Assembly (NCBI GenBank): GCA_001819495.1
Contig: MHMW01000028.1
Coordinates: 69,398-133,397 of the forward strand
DNA length: 64,000 nt
Source: Candidatus Portnoybacteria bacterium RBG_19FT_COMBO_36_7
GTDB taxonomy: Bacteria; Patescibacteriota; Minisyncoccia; Portnoybacterales; GWB1-42-6
Direction of reading: 5' to 3'
In this document: piece by piece, positions 1 through 9,898 of the stretch
Layout: each line of letters begins with the position of its first letter
How positions within the stretch are numbered: the first letter of the stretch is position 1
Program-made: the position numbers and the translations under genes
The notes under the pieces: generated by a model
What the model was told of the DNA's origin: nothing
The model's database searches: none
The model's input: only the letters and a program-made list of their open reading frames with translations

Positions 1-31
1 TTTCTTCTGGTTTCAACTCGAAAAACATATT

Positions 32-262
32 TTATAAATTAAAATCAGGCACTATTTCTGTGATTGTTCCCCACGGTATTGAGACAAAAAAGAAAAAAGC
101 CAAACCGATAAATAACAGAGAGCCTATGATAAAAATAGTGGTCGAAGCTGAATTTAAATCGCTCGGCCAGCGGTATTTGCGAAGATGAAAAAGTATTGCC
201 AGCGCGAAAGCAATGTAAATCATTATTAGAAAATTAAAAATGATTAAAGAGGCAATAAACAT
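32..262 (-). CDS. small hydrophobic membrane protein (hypothetical), downstream of ruvB
   Basis: 76-aa ORF; two predicted hydrophobic helices; ATG 1 nt after ruvB stop on the same strand. Confidence 0.35.
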   Translation of the reverse strand: MFIASLIIFNFLIMIYIAFALAILFHLRKYRWPSDLNSASTTIFIIGSLLFIGLAFFFFVSIPWGTITEIVPDFNL

Positions 263-1285
263 TTAGATTAATTTTTTCTGATAAGACTCCGGATATTTAA
301 TGCCTAGATGTTCCCATGCCTGTCGGGAAGCCAGGCGGCCGCGCGGGGTGCGGGTTAAAAAACCCAGCTGCATAAGATATGGTTCATAGACGTCTTCCAG
401 AGTGTCTTCTTCTTCTGATGTGGCCGCCGCCAGCGCCTGTAAGCCAACGGGGCCACCATCGAATTTTTCTATAATAATTTTTAAAATTTGGCGGTCAACC
501 GGTTCAAGACCGAGATCATCAACCTCGAGCATTGCCAGGGCTGCCCGAGCCAGCTGGTCGGTGACGCGACCGTCGCCTTTGACCTGGGCAAAATCGCGGA
601 CGCGTTTAAGCAGGCGGTTGGCGACACGGGGCGTGAAGCGGCAGCAGTTAGAGATGATTTTGGCAGCGGCCGAATCAATGTCAGTTTTTAAAATTTTGGC
701 CGAGCGATTGATAATTCTTTCCATGTCAGCCAGTTGATAAAAATCAAGACGGAAACTTAGGCCAAAACGGGAACGCAGGGGAGAGGAAAGCAGGCCGGGC
801 CGAGTGGTGGCGGCAATCAAAGTGAATCTTGGCAGATCAAGCTGCAGGGTTCTGGCCGAAGGGCCTTTGCCAATGACAATGTCAAGCTTAAAATCTTCCA
901 TAGCCGGATAAAGAACTTCTTCGATTAGCTTGTTTAGGCGGTGAGCTTCGTCAACAAACAAAATATCACCATCAGAAAGGTTAGTTAAAATGGAACCCAG
1001 ATCTCCTGCCCTTTCAATTGCCGGGCCAGACGTAACTTTTAAACCGACTCCGGTTTCGTAGGCAATAATGTGGGCTAAAGTTGTTTTGCCAAGGCCGGAA
1101 GCTCCTGATAAAAGCAGGTGCTCAATTGGTTCTTTGCGTTTTTTTGCGGCTTCTATAAGGATTCTAAGGGATTCTTTGATCTTTTCCTGGCCAAAATAGT
1201 CCCTGAAAGTTCGAGGCCTCAGGGTCTGATCTAGTGTCTGGTCTTCATTTGTTTGGTGGGGATCAGTTAGATGTGGGCTTGACAT
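263..1285 (-). CDS. ruvB: Holliday junction branch migration ATPase RuvB
   Basis: AAA+ Walker [20 protein letters not shown]; Walker [11 protein letters not shown]; length and motif order match RuvB. Confidence 0.9.
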   Translation of the reverse strand: MSSPHLTDPHQTNEDQTLDQTLRPRTFRDYFGQEKIKESLRILIEAAKKRKEPIEHLLLSGASGLGKTTLAHIIAYETGVGLKVTSGPAIERAGDLGSILTNLSDGDILFVDEAHRLNKLIEEVLYPAMEDFKLDIVIGKGPSARTLQLDLPRFTLIAATTRPGLLSSPLRSRFGLSFRLDFYQLADMERIINRSAKILKTDIDSAAAKIISNCCRFTPRVANRLLKRVRDFAQVKGDGRVTDQLARAALAMLEVDDLGLEPVDRQILKIIIEKFDGGPVGLQALAAATSEEEDTLEDVYEPYLMQLGFLTRTPRGRLASRQAWEHLGIKYPESYQKKLI

Positions 1286-1455
1286 TTAGATAAGTTTATG
1301 ATAAAATGCGCTATTCGTTAATTTTTGGCTTAAAAATTAAGTTTTTTAGCTTCTGCTGACCTGTAGGCAATCAAGATCCTCCTTTTTGCACGGGATCTCA
1401 TTGGGGTTTTTCTTAGGCTCTCAGGACAACCTGGTTCGCTCTGGGTTGCTCCTCG

Positions 1456-1487
1456 GAAAAACTTTTACCTTTCCGTTTAACGGAAAG
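1456..1487 (-). terminator. putative intrinsic terminator downstream of the pilus ATPase gene
   Basis: stem ctttccg / cggaaag with 5-nt loop; on the minus strand it is followed by a U-rich tract (GUAAAAGUUUUU). Confidence 0.45.
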
Positions 1488-1522
1488 AGATTGCCTGCAG
1501 ATTAGTGGAAGCTTTTTAGTTT

Positions 1523-4500
1523 TTATATCTCGGTTTTTTCCAGTTCTCCGGTCACTCTTTCAACTTCATCGATTGTCGTTAAGCCTTCCAAAGCTTTTAT
1601 CAGTCCGTCCTGGCGCAGGGTTATCATTCCTGCTTCCTGGGCGGCTTTTTTTATTTCCAAGGTCTGGGCGCCTTTGGCAAACAAAGTCTGCAGATTTTCG
1701 TCTTTTATCAGGATCTCATACAAGCCGACCTGGCCCCAATAGCCGATATTCTTGCATTTGGGACAGCCTTTGGGTTTGTAAAGCTTAATATTGGACAAAT
1801 TCGGTGCTTTGACGTTTTTGGGAAGAGTGGCCATTGTTTTTTGAATTTCACTCACTATGGCAGTTTCCGGTTTGTAAGGAGTTTTACAGTCAGGGCATAA
1901 TTTTCTGACCAGACGCTGGGCCATAATTGCGTTGATGGACGAAGCAATGTCGCCCGAGGTTATGCCGAGGTTAATTAGACGCTGAACAGTGCTGGCCGCG
2001 TCATTAGTGTGCAGGGTTGAAATCACCATATGGCCGGTAAGCGAAGCCTGAATGGCAATTTTGGCGGTTTCCTCGTCTCTTATTTCGCCGACCATGATGA
2101 TATTCGGGTTTTGTCTTAAAAATGATTTTAGGGCCGCGGCAAAAGTGTAGCCGGAAGCCGTATCTATCTGGGTCTGAAGGATACCAGACATTCTGTATTC
2201 GATCGGGTCTTCAATAGTCATGATCTTAGTGCCCCTGACATTAAGTTGCTGCAGAATGCCATAAAGCGTAGTGCTTTTGCCAGAACCGGTCGGCCCGGTG
2301 GTGAGAATAACGCCGGTCGGTTTATGAAATTCTTTATCAAACAGCGGATAAATTTCTTCACGGATACCCATCATTTTAAGATCAAGGCTTCCCTTTTCTG
2401 TCTGGACATCACGGCTCAGGCCTAAGATTCTGATAACGGCTGTTTCGCCATAGCCGCCGGCAATTATTGAAAGCCTGGTGTCCAGACTCTGTCCGGCAAA
2501 ATCAATGTTGAATCTGCCTTCTTGCACGCCGGCAAACTGTTTAGTTTTTAAGCCGCCCAGGATTTTTATTTCGCCCAGCAGCGGCAGATGAAAGATTCTT
2601 TGCATTTTGGCCACGTCTTGCAATATTCCGTCTACGCGGCATCTAACAAGAAGATCAGTCTGGGTAGGTTCAATATGGATGTCCGTCGCCCGCAGAAGCA
2701 GGCTGAAAGTGATGATATATTTTAATATTTCTTCTTGATGGGTATTGGACAGGATTTTTTCCACATTGACTCTTTCCATTGATTCCTTTTCAAGTTTTGT
2801 TTTTATTTCCGGATTGATGACGATGCCGCGGGTTAGAGATTGGGAAACCGCCCGTTCATAAAGTTCTTCCAAATATCCCGGTTTGCCGACCACCCTTTCC
2901 ACTTCTTCCAAGCCGGTCAGCCCTTCCAATGCCCGCAAAACGCCGTCCTGATAAAGCGTCAGCATTCCGGCGTCCACTGCTGAGACAAGAATTTCAAAAG
3001 CCGAAGCGCGGTTTAAAATCAGTTTTCTGATTTCCTCATTCATGGTCAGGACTTCAAAAAGGGGATAGCGGCCTCGATATTTCAGGCCGAAACATTCCGA
3101 ACATCCTTTGGCGCGATATAGCTTTCTGGTCTTTGGCAGTTCCAGTCTGGCTCTGGGCGAGACAATGGACAGAATTTTTTCGATCTTGAGCAGAGTTTCT
3201 TTGTCTGGTTCATATTCTTCTTTACAATTGGGGCATAATTTTCTGACCAAGCGCTGGGCAATAATAGCATTTAGTGCATCAGGCAAGGTCTTGATGTCGG
3301 CGCCCATATCTATCAGACGATGAACGGTGTTGGTGGCGTCATTTGTGTGCAGGGTTGAGAAAACTAAGTGGCCGGTCATAGATGCCTGGAGCGCTATCTT
3401 GGCAGTTTCGTCATCTCTGATTTCGCCGACCATGACCACATTGGGATTTTGACGCAGGATGGCGCGCAAGGCCTGAGCAAAGGAATAATTTTTGCTGATT
3501 TGCGTCTGTACTATTCCAGTCAGGCGATACTCGACCGGGTCCTCAATTGTGATGATTTTAATCTTTGGATTATTGAGATAATTTAGGAATGCATAAAGAG
3601 TGGTGGTCTTTCCGGAGCCTGTCGGTCCGGTATTCAATATCAGGCCGTTTGGTTTCTCCACTTCCCGCATTAAAGTCTGGAAAGTAGTTTCTCTCAAGCC
3701 GACGTTTTTGACATCTAATTTCTCGATGCCAGCGCCAAGGATTCTGATGACGACAGTTTCGGCGTTGCCTTCTGGCAGAATAGAAACTCTGGTTTCCATT
3801 TCCTGGATAATTTTTGTTTGCTCCTCTGTCTTCTCAATAATCTGTATGGTAAAGCGGCCATCCTGGCTGATATCATGAACGTTAATCATCAAGTCTGATA
3901 AAAGTTTGATGCGGGTCAGCATGAACTGATACGATTTTTCCGGAAAAGTGGCGATATCCTGAAGCACGCCGTCGATTCTGAAACGCAGACGGATTTCCTT
4001 TCCCGGTTCAATATGAATATCGCCAGCCCCAGTTTTTAGGGAGCCGGCGATAATAGTTTCCAAAATTTCGGTTGTCGAAAGGGTGTTGATTCTGTCTTTG
4101 AGCTCAGTGATGTTTTTTACTCTTTCGTTAAATTCGTCAAGATATTTTTTTTGGATGGCCACTTTGCCTACCAGCGGCACATCAGAGCTTTTGATTTGAT
4201 AAAACTTGAATGCCCGCTGGAGGCTCGAGAGAGAAATAATAACTTGTGAAATAAGGACGCCGTGTTTGGCGGCCAGATCTTCAATGATATTTTTTGCTTC
4301 TTGGTTTTCCGGATTAGTCAGGCCGACGGTTATTTTATCCAGTTGTTTTTTTAAAACTACAATACTGCCTTTGTGGGCATCTTTTTCCCTAAGCACATAA
4401 AGAATCTCGGCGTTAATAGGAAAAACGCTCAAATCCATATAAGGCAATTTGTATTTTACAGCCAGACGCTGAGCGGCTTCTTCTTCCTGTTTGCGTTTGA

Positions 4501-4546
4501 GCTGGTCTAATTTTTCACTTATCCGCACTACTTTGGAAATAGCCAT
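1523..4546 (-). CDS. tandem-duplicated type II/IV secretion system ATPase (GspE/PilB family) with two complete ATPase cores in one polypeptide
   Basis: N-terminal GspE_N-like domain. Core 1: Walker A GPTGSGKTTTLYA, Walker B VMVGEIRD, His box TLHTNDA, tetracysteine CPNC...CSEC. Core 2: GPTGSGKSTTLYG, IMVGEIRD, TLHTNDA, CPDC...CPKC. Confidence 0.85.
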   Translation of the reverse strand: MAISKVVRISEKLDQLKRKQEEEAAQRLAVKYKLPYMDLSVFPINAEILYVLREKDAHKGSIVVLKKQLDKITVGLTNPENQEAKNIIEDLAAKHGVLISQVIISLSSLQRAFKFYQIKSSDVPLVGKVAIQKKYLDEFNERVKNITELKDRINTLSTTEILETIIAGSLKTGAGDIHIEPGKEIRLRFRIDGVLQDIATFPEKSYQFMLTRIKLLSDLMINVHDISQDGRFTIQIIEKTEEQTKIIQEMETRVSILPEGNAETVVIRILGAGIEKLDVKNVGLRETTFQTLMREVEKPNGLILNTGPTGSGKTTTLYAFLNYLNNPKIKIITIEDPVEYRLTGIVQTQISKNYSFAQALRAILRQNPNVVMVGEIRDDETAKIALQASMTGHLVFSTLHTNDATNTVHRLIDMGADIKTLPDALNAIIAQRLVRKLCPNCKEEYEPDKETLLKIEKILSIVSPRARLELPKTRKLYRAKGCSECFGLKYRGRYPLFEVLTMNEEIRKLILNRASAFEILVSAVDAGMLTLYQDGVLRALEGLTGLEEVERVVGKPGYLEELYERAVSQSLTRGIVINPEIKTKLEKESMERVNVEKILSNTHQEEILKYIITFSLLLRATDIHIEPTQTDLLVRCRVDGILQDVAKMQRIFHLPLLGEIKILGGLKTKQFAGVQEGRFNIDFAGQSLDTRLSIIAGGYGETAVIRILGLSRDVQTEKGSLDLKMMGIREEIYPLFDKEFHKPTGVILTTGPTGSGKSTTLYGILQQLNVRGTKIMTIEDPIEYRMSGILQTQIDTASGYTFAAALKSFLRQNPNIIMVGEIRDEETAKIAIQASLTGHMVISTLHTNDAASTVQRLINLGITSGDIASSINAIMAQRLVRKLCPDCKTPYKPETAIVSEIQKTMATLPKNVKAPNLSNIKLYKPKGCPKCKNIGYWGQVGLYEILIKDENLQTLFAKGAQTLEIKKAAQEAGMITLRQDGLIKALEGLTTIDEVERVTGELEKTEI

Positions 4547-4657
4547 ATTTAATAATTTCTAATTTTTTAATCCAGTTCCGTCTGCGGCGAGACATCAAAT
4601 AGGCAAAATTTTAAATGAAGACCTCCTAGAGAGACCTTATTATATTTTAATTTTATC

Positions 4658-5779
4658 TTATAAGAGCGGATTTATCAAGCTGTCAAGACTGGATTTGATT
4701 GTCTGCAGATCTTGTTGAACAAACTTAAGGAAAAGCCGATGATTTTTCTGTGAGCCGCCGGCGTCCAGATTCAATTTCTGCAGCATTTCTGGCTTGGAAG
4801 ACTGGATTAGCGCTTGGGATGAGCCTTCTTGATCCTGCCAAAGCAGGATGCTGGCATTTAATTGAGGTAGCATTTCGTTTATTTCTTCCGAAATTGAAGA
4901 TAAGTCTTCCGGCGAAGGCTGGAGCTGTTCAAATTCAGAGAGCTCAACGATTATCCAGGCGAGCCCTTTTTCGTTGTTGAGCTCAAGGTTTTTGAGTAGC
5001 GCTCCCCAAAGCTTGAGATACCGGAGGGGCTTGGTTTTGTAAAGAAACTGGATAATTGTTTCTTTTTCCGCTCCGTGCGTTATTAACAAAGAAGCGAGAT
5101 TGAAAGTCTGGGGAGTGGTATTGATTTTTTGGAAACTGCGGGTTTCTTCTATAATGCCCGATAGCAGACAGGTTGCCAGCGGAGCAGTAATTTGATTAGG
5201 AAAAAAAGAATTCAAAAAATCAGTTATGATTTCGGCGCAGGAACTTGAAGTCGGTTCCACCAAATTGATTTCGCCGAAATAATCATTGCCGGATTTGTGG
5301 TCAATGTTCAAAATCGGTTTTTCAAAGAAAAGGTCGGTATGTTTTTCATAAAATTGGCCGATGGTCTCCAGGTCCGGCGCACCAATAGTAATCAGGGATT
5401 CATAATTAAAAGGGCCCGGTTCCAGAAGAATATCTTTTTGCTCAAGACTATCGGGCCCGGCCAGGAATATTTTTAAAACCGAATTTTTATTTTCGTAGCG
5501 GAGCTGTTTGATCTTTTTCTGAGAAGTGTCAATTGAGATAATAAAATCGCGCAGAGGCGCGATTTCACTTTTTATTAGCTCAAGCCCGGGCAAAAAAGAC
5601 AGTTTTTCTGCGACCGGCTGTTGAACTACCAAGTCCGCTTTTTTGCCAAGATCCCTGGCCAGCATTGTCAGCGCCAAACCTGAACCAAGCGCGTCGGGCG
5701 TGTAGTCGCGAGGCAGAATTATTAAAATATTCTGGCTTTTATTGATTAGATCAAAAGCTTGTTGTTTTGGGGAAAGCAT
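4658..5779 (-). CDS. DHH-family phosphoesterase (NrnA-like nanoRNase/pAp phosphatase)
   Basis: motif DYTPDALGSGLAL matches the PDxDALGS signature; IDHKSG in the DHH motif position; ~370 aa with a DHHA1-like C-terminus. Confidence 0.65.
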   Translation of the reverse strand: MLSPKQQAFDLINKSQNILIILPRDYTPDALGSGLALTMLARDLGKKADLVVQQPVAEKLSFLPGLELIKSEIAPLRDFIISIDTSQKKIKQLRYENKNSVLKIFLAGPDSLEQKDILLEPGPFNYESLITIGAPDLETIGQFYEKHTDLFFEKPILNIDHKSGNDYFGEINLVEPTSSSCAEIITDFLNSFFPNQITAPLATCLLSGIIEETRSFQKINTTPQTFNLASLLITHGAEKETIIQFLYKTKPLRYLKLWGALLKNLELNNEKGLAWIIVELSEFEQLQPSPEDLSSISEEINEMLPQLNASILLWQDQEGSSQALIQSSKPEMLQKLNLDAGGSQKNHRLFLKFVQQDLQTIKSSLDSLINPLL

Positions 5780-5786
5780 ACCAATA

Positions 5787-5821
5787 AACTTTCAATTACT
5801 AATTACCAATTTCCAACAAAT
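5787..5821. repeat. heptamer-periodic array (AACTTTC AATTACT AATTACC AATTTCC AACAAAT)
   Basis: 5 tandem 7-nt units of the AATTNCC type in the divergent region between the DHH gene and tsaE. Confidence 0.6.
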
Positions 5822-5956
5822 GCCGTCCTTGGCGGGCAAGATATTAGCATACTCTAACGCGGAAAGCATTTTGAGGTCAAGTGGATAACTTTTTTGGATT
5901 ATATTTGGCATAAAAATACACTTTTTTCTTTAAAAACGGCATGATACAATAGAAAT

Positions 5957-6436
5957 ATGAAAAAGCTGGAGTATTTGAGCAAAAGCGCGGCCCAGACTCA
6001 AAAATTGGCTGGTGAAGTATTAAAAGAAACATTAAGTATAAAAAAGCGGAAAAACGGCATTGTTTTGGCGCTGGAAGGAGAATTAGGAGGAGGCAAGACG
6101 ACTTTTGTACAAGGGCTGGCTCGTGCGCTGGGAGTAAAAGAGAAGATAACCAGTCCAACTTTTGTTATTTTAAAAAGATTCATGATTCAAGATTCAAGAT
6201 TCAAGAACCTATATCATATTGATTGCTACCGTTTGGACAATATTGAAGATTTGGCTGATTTGGGCTTTGAGGAAATAATAAAAAATCCAGAAAATTTAGT
6301 CGTTATCGAATGGGCGGATAAAATTAAATCTATAATTCCAAAAGATGCGGTGTGGGTTAAATTTGAATGGAAAGAGGAGAAGAAAAGGAAAATAATGATG
6401 GATAATTCCCAATACCCAATTCTTAATTTCCAATAA
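5957..6436 (+). CDS. tsaE: tRNA threonylcarbamoyladenosine biosynthesis protein TsaE
   Basis: P-loop [37 protein letters not shown]: classic YjeE/TsaE motifs. Confidence 0.9.
   Translation: MKKLEYLSKSAAQTQKLAGEVLKETLSIKKRKNGIVLALEGELGGGKTTFVQGLARALGVKEKITSPTFVILKRFMIQDSRFKNLYHIDCYRLDNIEDLADLGFEEIIKNPENLVVIEWADKIKSIIPKDAVWVKFEWKEEKKRKIMMDNSQYPILNFQ
6177..6204. repeat. heptamer array inside tsaE (GATTCAT GATTCAA GATTCAA GATTCAA)
   Basis: 4 tandem 7-nt units; translated in-frame as IQDSRFKN within TsaE. Confidence 0.6.
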
Positions 6437-6459
6437 AATTCTAAATATCAAATGACAAA
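6404..6459. repeat. heptamer-periodic array across the tsaE 3' end (AATTCCC AATACCC AATTCTT AATTTCC AATAAAA ...)
   Basis: about 8 tandem 7-nt units of the AATNNCC type covering the last codons and stop of tsaE. Confidence 0.55.
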
Positions 6460-6536
6460 AATACTTAGAAACTAGACATTCGAGCATTGGATATTTTATT
6501 GGAAATTGGATATTGGTAATTTGAAATTTTTAGACC

Positions 6537-8795
6537 ATGTCCGAACAAAAAGAAAAAACCTTGGTCCTGATCGATTCGCACGCGCTCATCCACCGCGCGT
6601 TTCATGCCTTGCCGGAGCTTTCCACCAAGAAAGGGGAGCGGGTGAACGCTGTCTATGGTTTTGTTTCGGTTTTTTTAAAGGTGCTCAAGGAATTAAAACC
6701 GGATTATCTGGTGGCCGCTTTTGACCTGCCCGGCCCCACATTCCGGCATAAAGAATTTGAGGCGTATAAGGCAACAAGAGTCAAGGCGCCGGACGAACTT
6801 TATCAGCAGATTGGCCGGGTCAAAGAAATTTTACAGGCGTTTGATATTCCCATTTTTGAAAAAACTGGCTTTGAAGCTGACGATATTATCGCTTCGCTTG
6901 TCAGAAAAAGCGAAGCCCAGAAAGAAAAAATCAAGAATATCATTGTGACAGGCGATTTAGATACTCTCCAGCTGATCAGCGAGAGAACAAATGTCTTCAC
7001 TTTAAAAAAGGGAATTGGCGATACAGCCGTTTATGACAAAGAAGCAGTGAGAGAACGATTTGGCCTGGCTCCGGAACAAATGCCGGATTTTAAGGGTCTA
7101 AAAGGTGATCCTTCGGACAATATACCAGGCGTGCCGGGCATAGGAGATAAGACTGCAACAACGCTTTTAAAAGAGTACCAAGACATAGAAAATCTTTACA
7201 GCAAAATAGAAGAAAAATTAAAAAATAAAAAATCAAAATTAAAAATTAAGGGAAAAGATTTAAAATTATATGAAAAGCTTTTAAAAAATAAAGATCAGGC
7301 GATCTTCAGCAAATATCTGGCCACAGTCAAAAAAGACATTCCATTAAAATTTGATCTGGCAAAAGCAAAATTCAAGCAGTACGATATTGCCAAGGTTTCG
7401 GAACTTTTCAAAGAATTAGAATTTTTCAGTCTGATAGCGAGGCTGCCAAGATTGGAGGATATGAAAGAAAGAGAAGTTGTTGAGATTAAAAATGAAAAAG
7501 CCAGCGAGCCGGGCATTTTAGAAAAAATAGAACAGGCCAAAGAAGCAGGGGTTTTATCGGAAAGGATATATGAACTGGAAAAAGAATTGATGCCGATAAT
7601 TAATCAGATGCAGGAGTACGGTATAAAAGTAGATATAAAAAAATTAAATGAATTAAATAAAAAATTCACCGGGCGGCTGGAGGAGCTCGAGAAAAAGATT
7701 CATAATCTGACCGGCGGTGCTTTTAATATTAATTCACCCCAGCAGTTAAGCGAAGTCCTTTTTGAAAAATTGAAACTGGAAGTAAAAGGGCTTAAAAAGA
7801 CGCCTGGCCGGGTTATTTCAACAGCCGCGCCGGAACTTATCAAATTAAAAGGTCAGCATGAAGTTATTGATCTGATAATTGAATATAGAGAATTGGCAAA
7901 ATTAAAATCGACATATGCTGAAAGCCTGCCTCGTCTGGTGGATGCAAAAGACGGCCGGCTGCATACTCAATATGACCAACTGGGAGCGGTTACCGGCCGA
8001 TTATCATCAAAAAATCCAAATTTGCAGAATATTCCTATAAAAAGCGAGCTGGGCAACGAGATAAGAAAAGCATTTATCGCCGAAAAAGGCTGTTGGTTGC
8101 TCTCGGCTGATTATTCACAGCTTGAGCTAAGAATTGTTGCTTCTTTGGCAGAGGATGAAAAAATGATTAGTATATTAAAGGAAGGCAAGGATATCCATTC
8201 GGCCACAGCTTCGGAGGTATTTGAAGTGTCAATGGAAAAAGTGACGCCGAAAATGCGCAATTCGGCCAAAGCGCTCAATTTCGGAGTTATCTACGGTATG
8301 AGCATGCACGGATTTGCTCAGGCAGCCGATATTGACATCAGCCGGGCAAAGACTTTCATAAAAAAATATTTTGAAGAATTTGAAGGAGTGTCCAGATATG
8401 TTGAAAAAATAAAGGAAGAAGTGGCGTGCAGTGGCTATGTTGAAACTTTATTCGGCCGCAAGCGTTTTCTGCCGGAAATCAATTCTTCAGCCTGGAATTT
8501 GCGGGCCTCAGCCGAAAGAGCCGCCATTAATTTTCCGGTCCAGGGTACAGCCGCGGATTTAATGAAAATGGCCATGGCCGATATTAGCCATAAATTAAAA
8601 GCGAAAAGCGAAAAGCTGAAGATGTTGTTGCAGGTGCATGACGAGCTGATTTTTGAAGTGCAGGAGGACGAAATCGATTTTTTTGCACCTCAAATAAAAG
8701 AAATCATGGAAAATATCTATCAGTTGTCCGCTCCGCTTAAAGTTGAGATTGAAATAGGGAGTAACTGGGGAGAGCTCATAAAGTGGAAAACATAG
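6537..8795 (+). CDS. polA: DNA polymerase I (5'-nuclease + polymerase domains; too short for a full 3'-5' exonuclease domain)
   Basis: 5'-nuclease N-terminus LVLIDSHALIHRAFHAL; polymerase motifs RNSAKALNFGVIYGMS and LLQVHDELIFEV; 752 aa. Confidence 0.9.
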   Translation: MSEQKEKTLVLIDSHALIHRAFHALPELSTKKGERVNAVYGFVSVFLKVLKELKPDYLVAAFDLPGPTFRHKEFEAYKATRVKAPDELYQQIGRVKEILQAFDIPIFEKTGFEADDIIASLVRKSEAQKEKIKNIIVTGDLDTLQLISERTNVFTLKKGIGDTAVYDKEAVRERFGLAPEQMPDFKGLKGDPSDNIPGVPGIGDKTATTLLKEYQDIENLYSKIEEKLKNKKSKLKIKGKDLKLYEKLLKNKDQAIFSKYLATVKKDIPLKFDLAKAKFKQYDIAKVSELFKELEFFSLIARLPRLEDMKEREVVEIKNEKASEPGILEKIEQAKEAGVLSERIYELEKELMPIINQMQEYGIKVDIKKLNELNKKFTGRLEELEKKIHNLTGGAFNINSPQQLSEVLFEKLKLEVKGLKKTPGRVISTAAPELIKLKGQHEVIDLIIEYRELAKLKSTYAESLPRLVDAKDGRLHTQYDQLGAVTGRLSSKNPNLQNIPIKSELGNEIRKAFIAEKGCWLLSADYSQLELRIVASLAEDEKMISILKEGKDIHSATASEVFEVSMEKVTPKMRNSAKALNFGVIYGMSMHGFAQAADIDISRAKTFIKKYFEEFEGVSRYVEKIKEEVACSGYVETLFGRKRFLPEINSSAWNLRASAERAAINFPVQGTAADLMKMAMADISHKLKAKSEKLKMLLQVHDELIFEVQEDEIDFFAPQIKEIMENIYQLSAPLKVEIEIGSNWGELIKWKT

Positions 8796-8816
8796 GAAAA
8801 CGCGGAAAAATTCTGT

Positions 8817-8825
8817 GATATAATG
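8817..8825 (+). promoter_or_regulatory. extended -10 promoter element (TGATATAAT) upstream of paralog array 1
   Basis: TGnTATAAT match about 140 nt upstream of the first paralog ATG. Confidence 0.35.
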
Positions 8826-8890
8826 GAATAAATATGAATAACGGAGGAAAAAAGGATAAAGTTGTTTTAATTTATCTTATTTTGTGATTT

Positions 8891-8962
8891 ATGCCAGGTA
8901 GTAGAAATTCGGCCGCTGCCAGGCAACCCTAATTTTATATTGCCGAATTTTCACTACCTGGT
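8891..8962. repeat. palindromic element copy 1 (ATGCCAGGTAGTAGAAATTCGGC ... GCCGAATTTTCACTACCTGGT), ends exactly at the ATG of paralog 1
   Basis: about 20-nt arms that are near-perfect reverse complements separated by about 30 nt; same core as copies at 30388, 42854, 50887 and 62365. Confidence 0.8.
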
Positions 8963-9871
8963 ATGGATAATTTTGAAAAACAGCAGACTATTGAAGCGAT
9001 AAAAGTTTCGATAAAGGCGCGCTGGATATACGCTTCTATTATTTTTGTCCAGGGGATAATAATCAAATATTTTTTTACTTCAGTTCCGCTGGCCGATACC
9101 CCAATTCTTTCTTTTATTCTGGCTAGTGCCTTTTTATTTAATATCGGCTATTGGCTATATATTCGCCGCCCTCCAGAAAAAATAAGTAATTTCGGAGTAC
9201 ATTTAGTTAAGGCTTTGCAGGTAGCAATGGATTCAATCTGGATTTCGGCCATTTTATTTTTTTCCGGGACAGTGGGCAAAATGATTATTACGGGTTATTT
9301 CATTGCCATTATGAACGGCGCCAGCCTCTATAAGAAAAAAGGTATGGTTCTTTCAACTTTATTTTTACAGTTTCTTTTTACTGTTTTGGCGGTGCTGCAA
9401 TATAGCGGAAAAATCAATGCAAATCCTCCTGTGAAAGAAGTATTTTCTTTTCCGTTTGCCAAGGGAGATAAACATGGCTTACTTTTTCTTTTAGTTGCTT
9501 TTTATGCTTATTCTTCTGGTGGCGCTGTTTTCGGAGGTTATCTGGCCGGACTTTTTAAAAAAAGAGAAATAAAACTGGTAGCGCAAAGAAACGAATTATC
9601 AGAAAAAACCCAGACACTTGTTCATCAGGCGCAGGAGCTTAATAAGACCAAAGACTATCTCCACGAAGCTCTGACAAAATCAGATAAAGCCAGAAACGAG
9701 CTTGAAGCAACGAAAAAGAATCTGGAAAAAACCAATCTTGAATTGAAGAATAAACTTGACGAGCTTGAAAAATACGGCCAGGTGACCACCGGCCGGGAAC
9801 TCAAAATGATTGAACTAAAAGAGAAAATCAGGTTGCTTGAGCAAAGAATCGGAGAATTAGATAAAAACTAA
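8963..9871 (+). CDS. paralog 1 of the multi-TM + C-terminal coiled-coil membrane protein family (MDNFEKQQTIEAIK family)
   Basis: N-terminus MDNFEKQQTIEAIK; about 6 hydrophobic helices with conserved FSGTVxKM; C-terminal heptad region ending ...ELEKYGQVTTGRELKMIELKEKI. Confidence 0.8.
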   Translation: MDNFEKQQTIEAIKVSIKARWIYASIIFVQGIIIKYFFTSVPLADTPILSFILASAFLFNIGYWLYIRRPPEKISNFGVHLVKALQVAMDSIWISAILFFSGTVGKMIITGYFIAIMNGASLYKKKGMVLSTLFLQFLFTVLAVLQYSGKINANPPVKEVFSFPFAKGDKHGLLFLLVAFYAYSSGGAVFGGYLAGLFKKREIKLVAQRNELSEKTQTLVHQAQELNKTKDYLHEALTKSDKARNELEATKKNLEKTNLELKNKLDELEKYGQVTTGRELKMIELKEKIRLLEQRIGELDKN

Positions 9872-9898
9872 TTTAAATAATCGCTAATTTAAGATTAA

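Noticed and set aside
402-737. Plus-strand ORFs (402-737, 488-691) and the minus ORF 481-678 inside ruvB
   Set aside because: They lie entirely inside the well-supported ruvB CDS on the opposite strand or an alternate frame. They have no RBS and no motifs, and are typical shadow ORFs.
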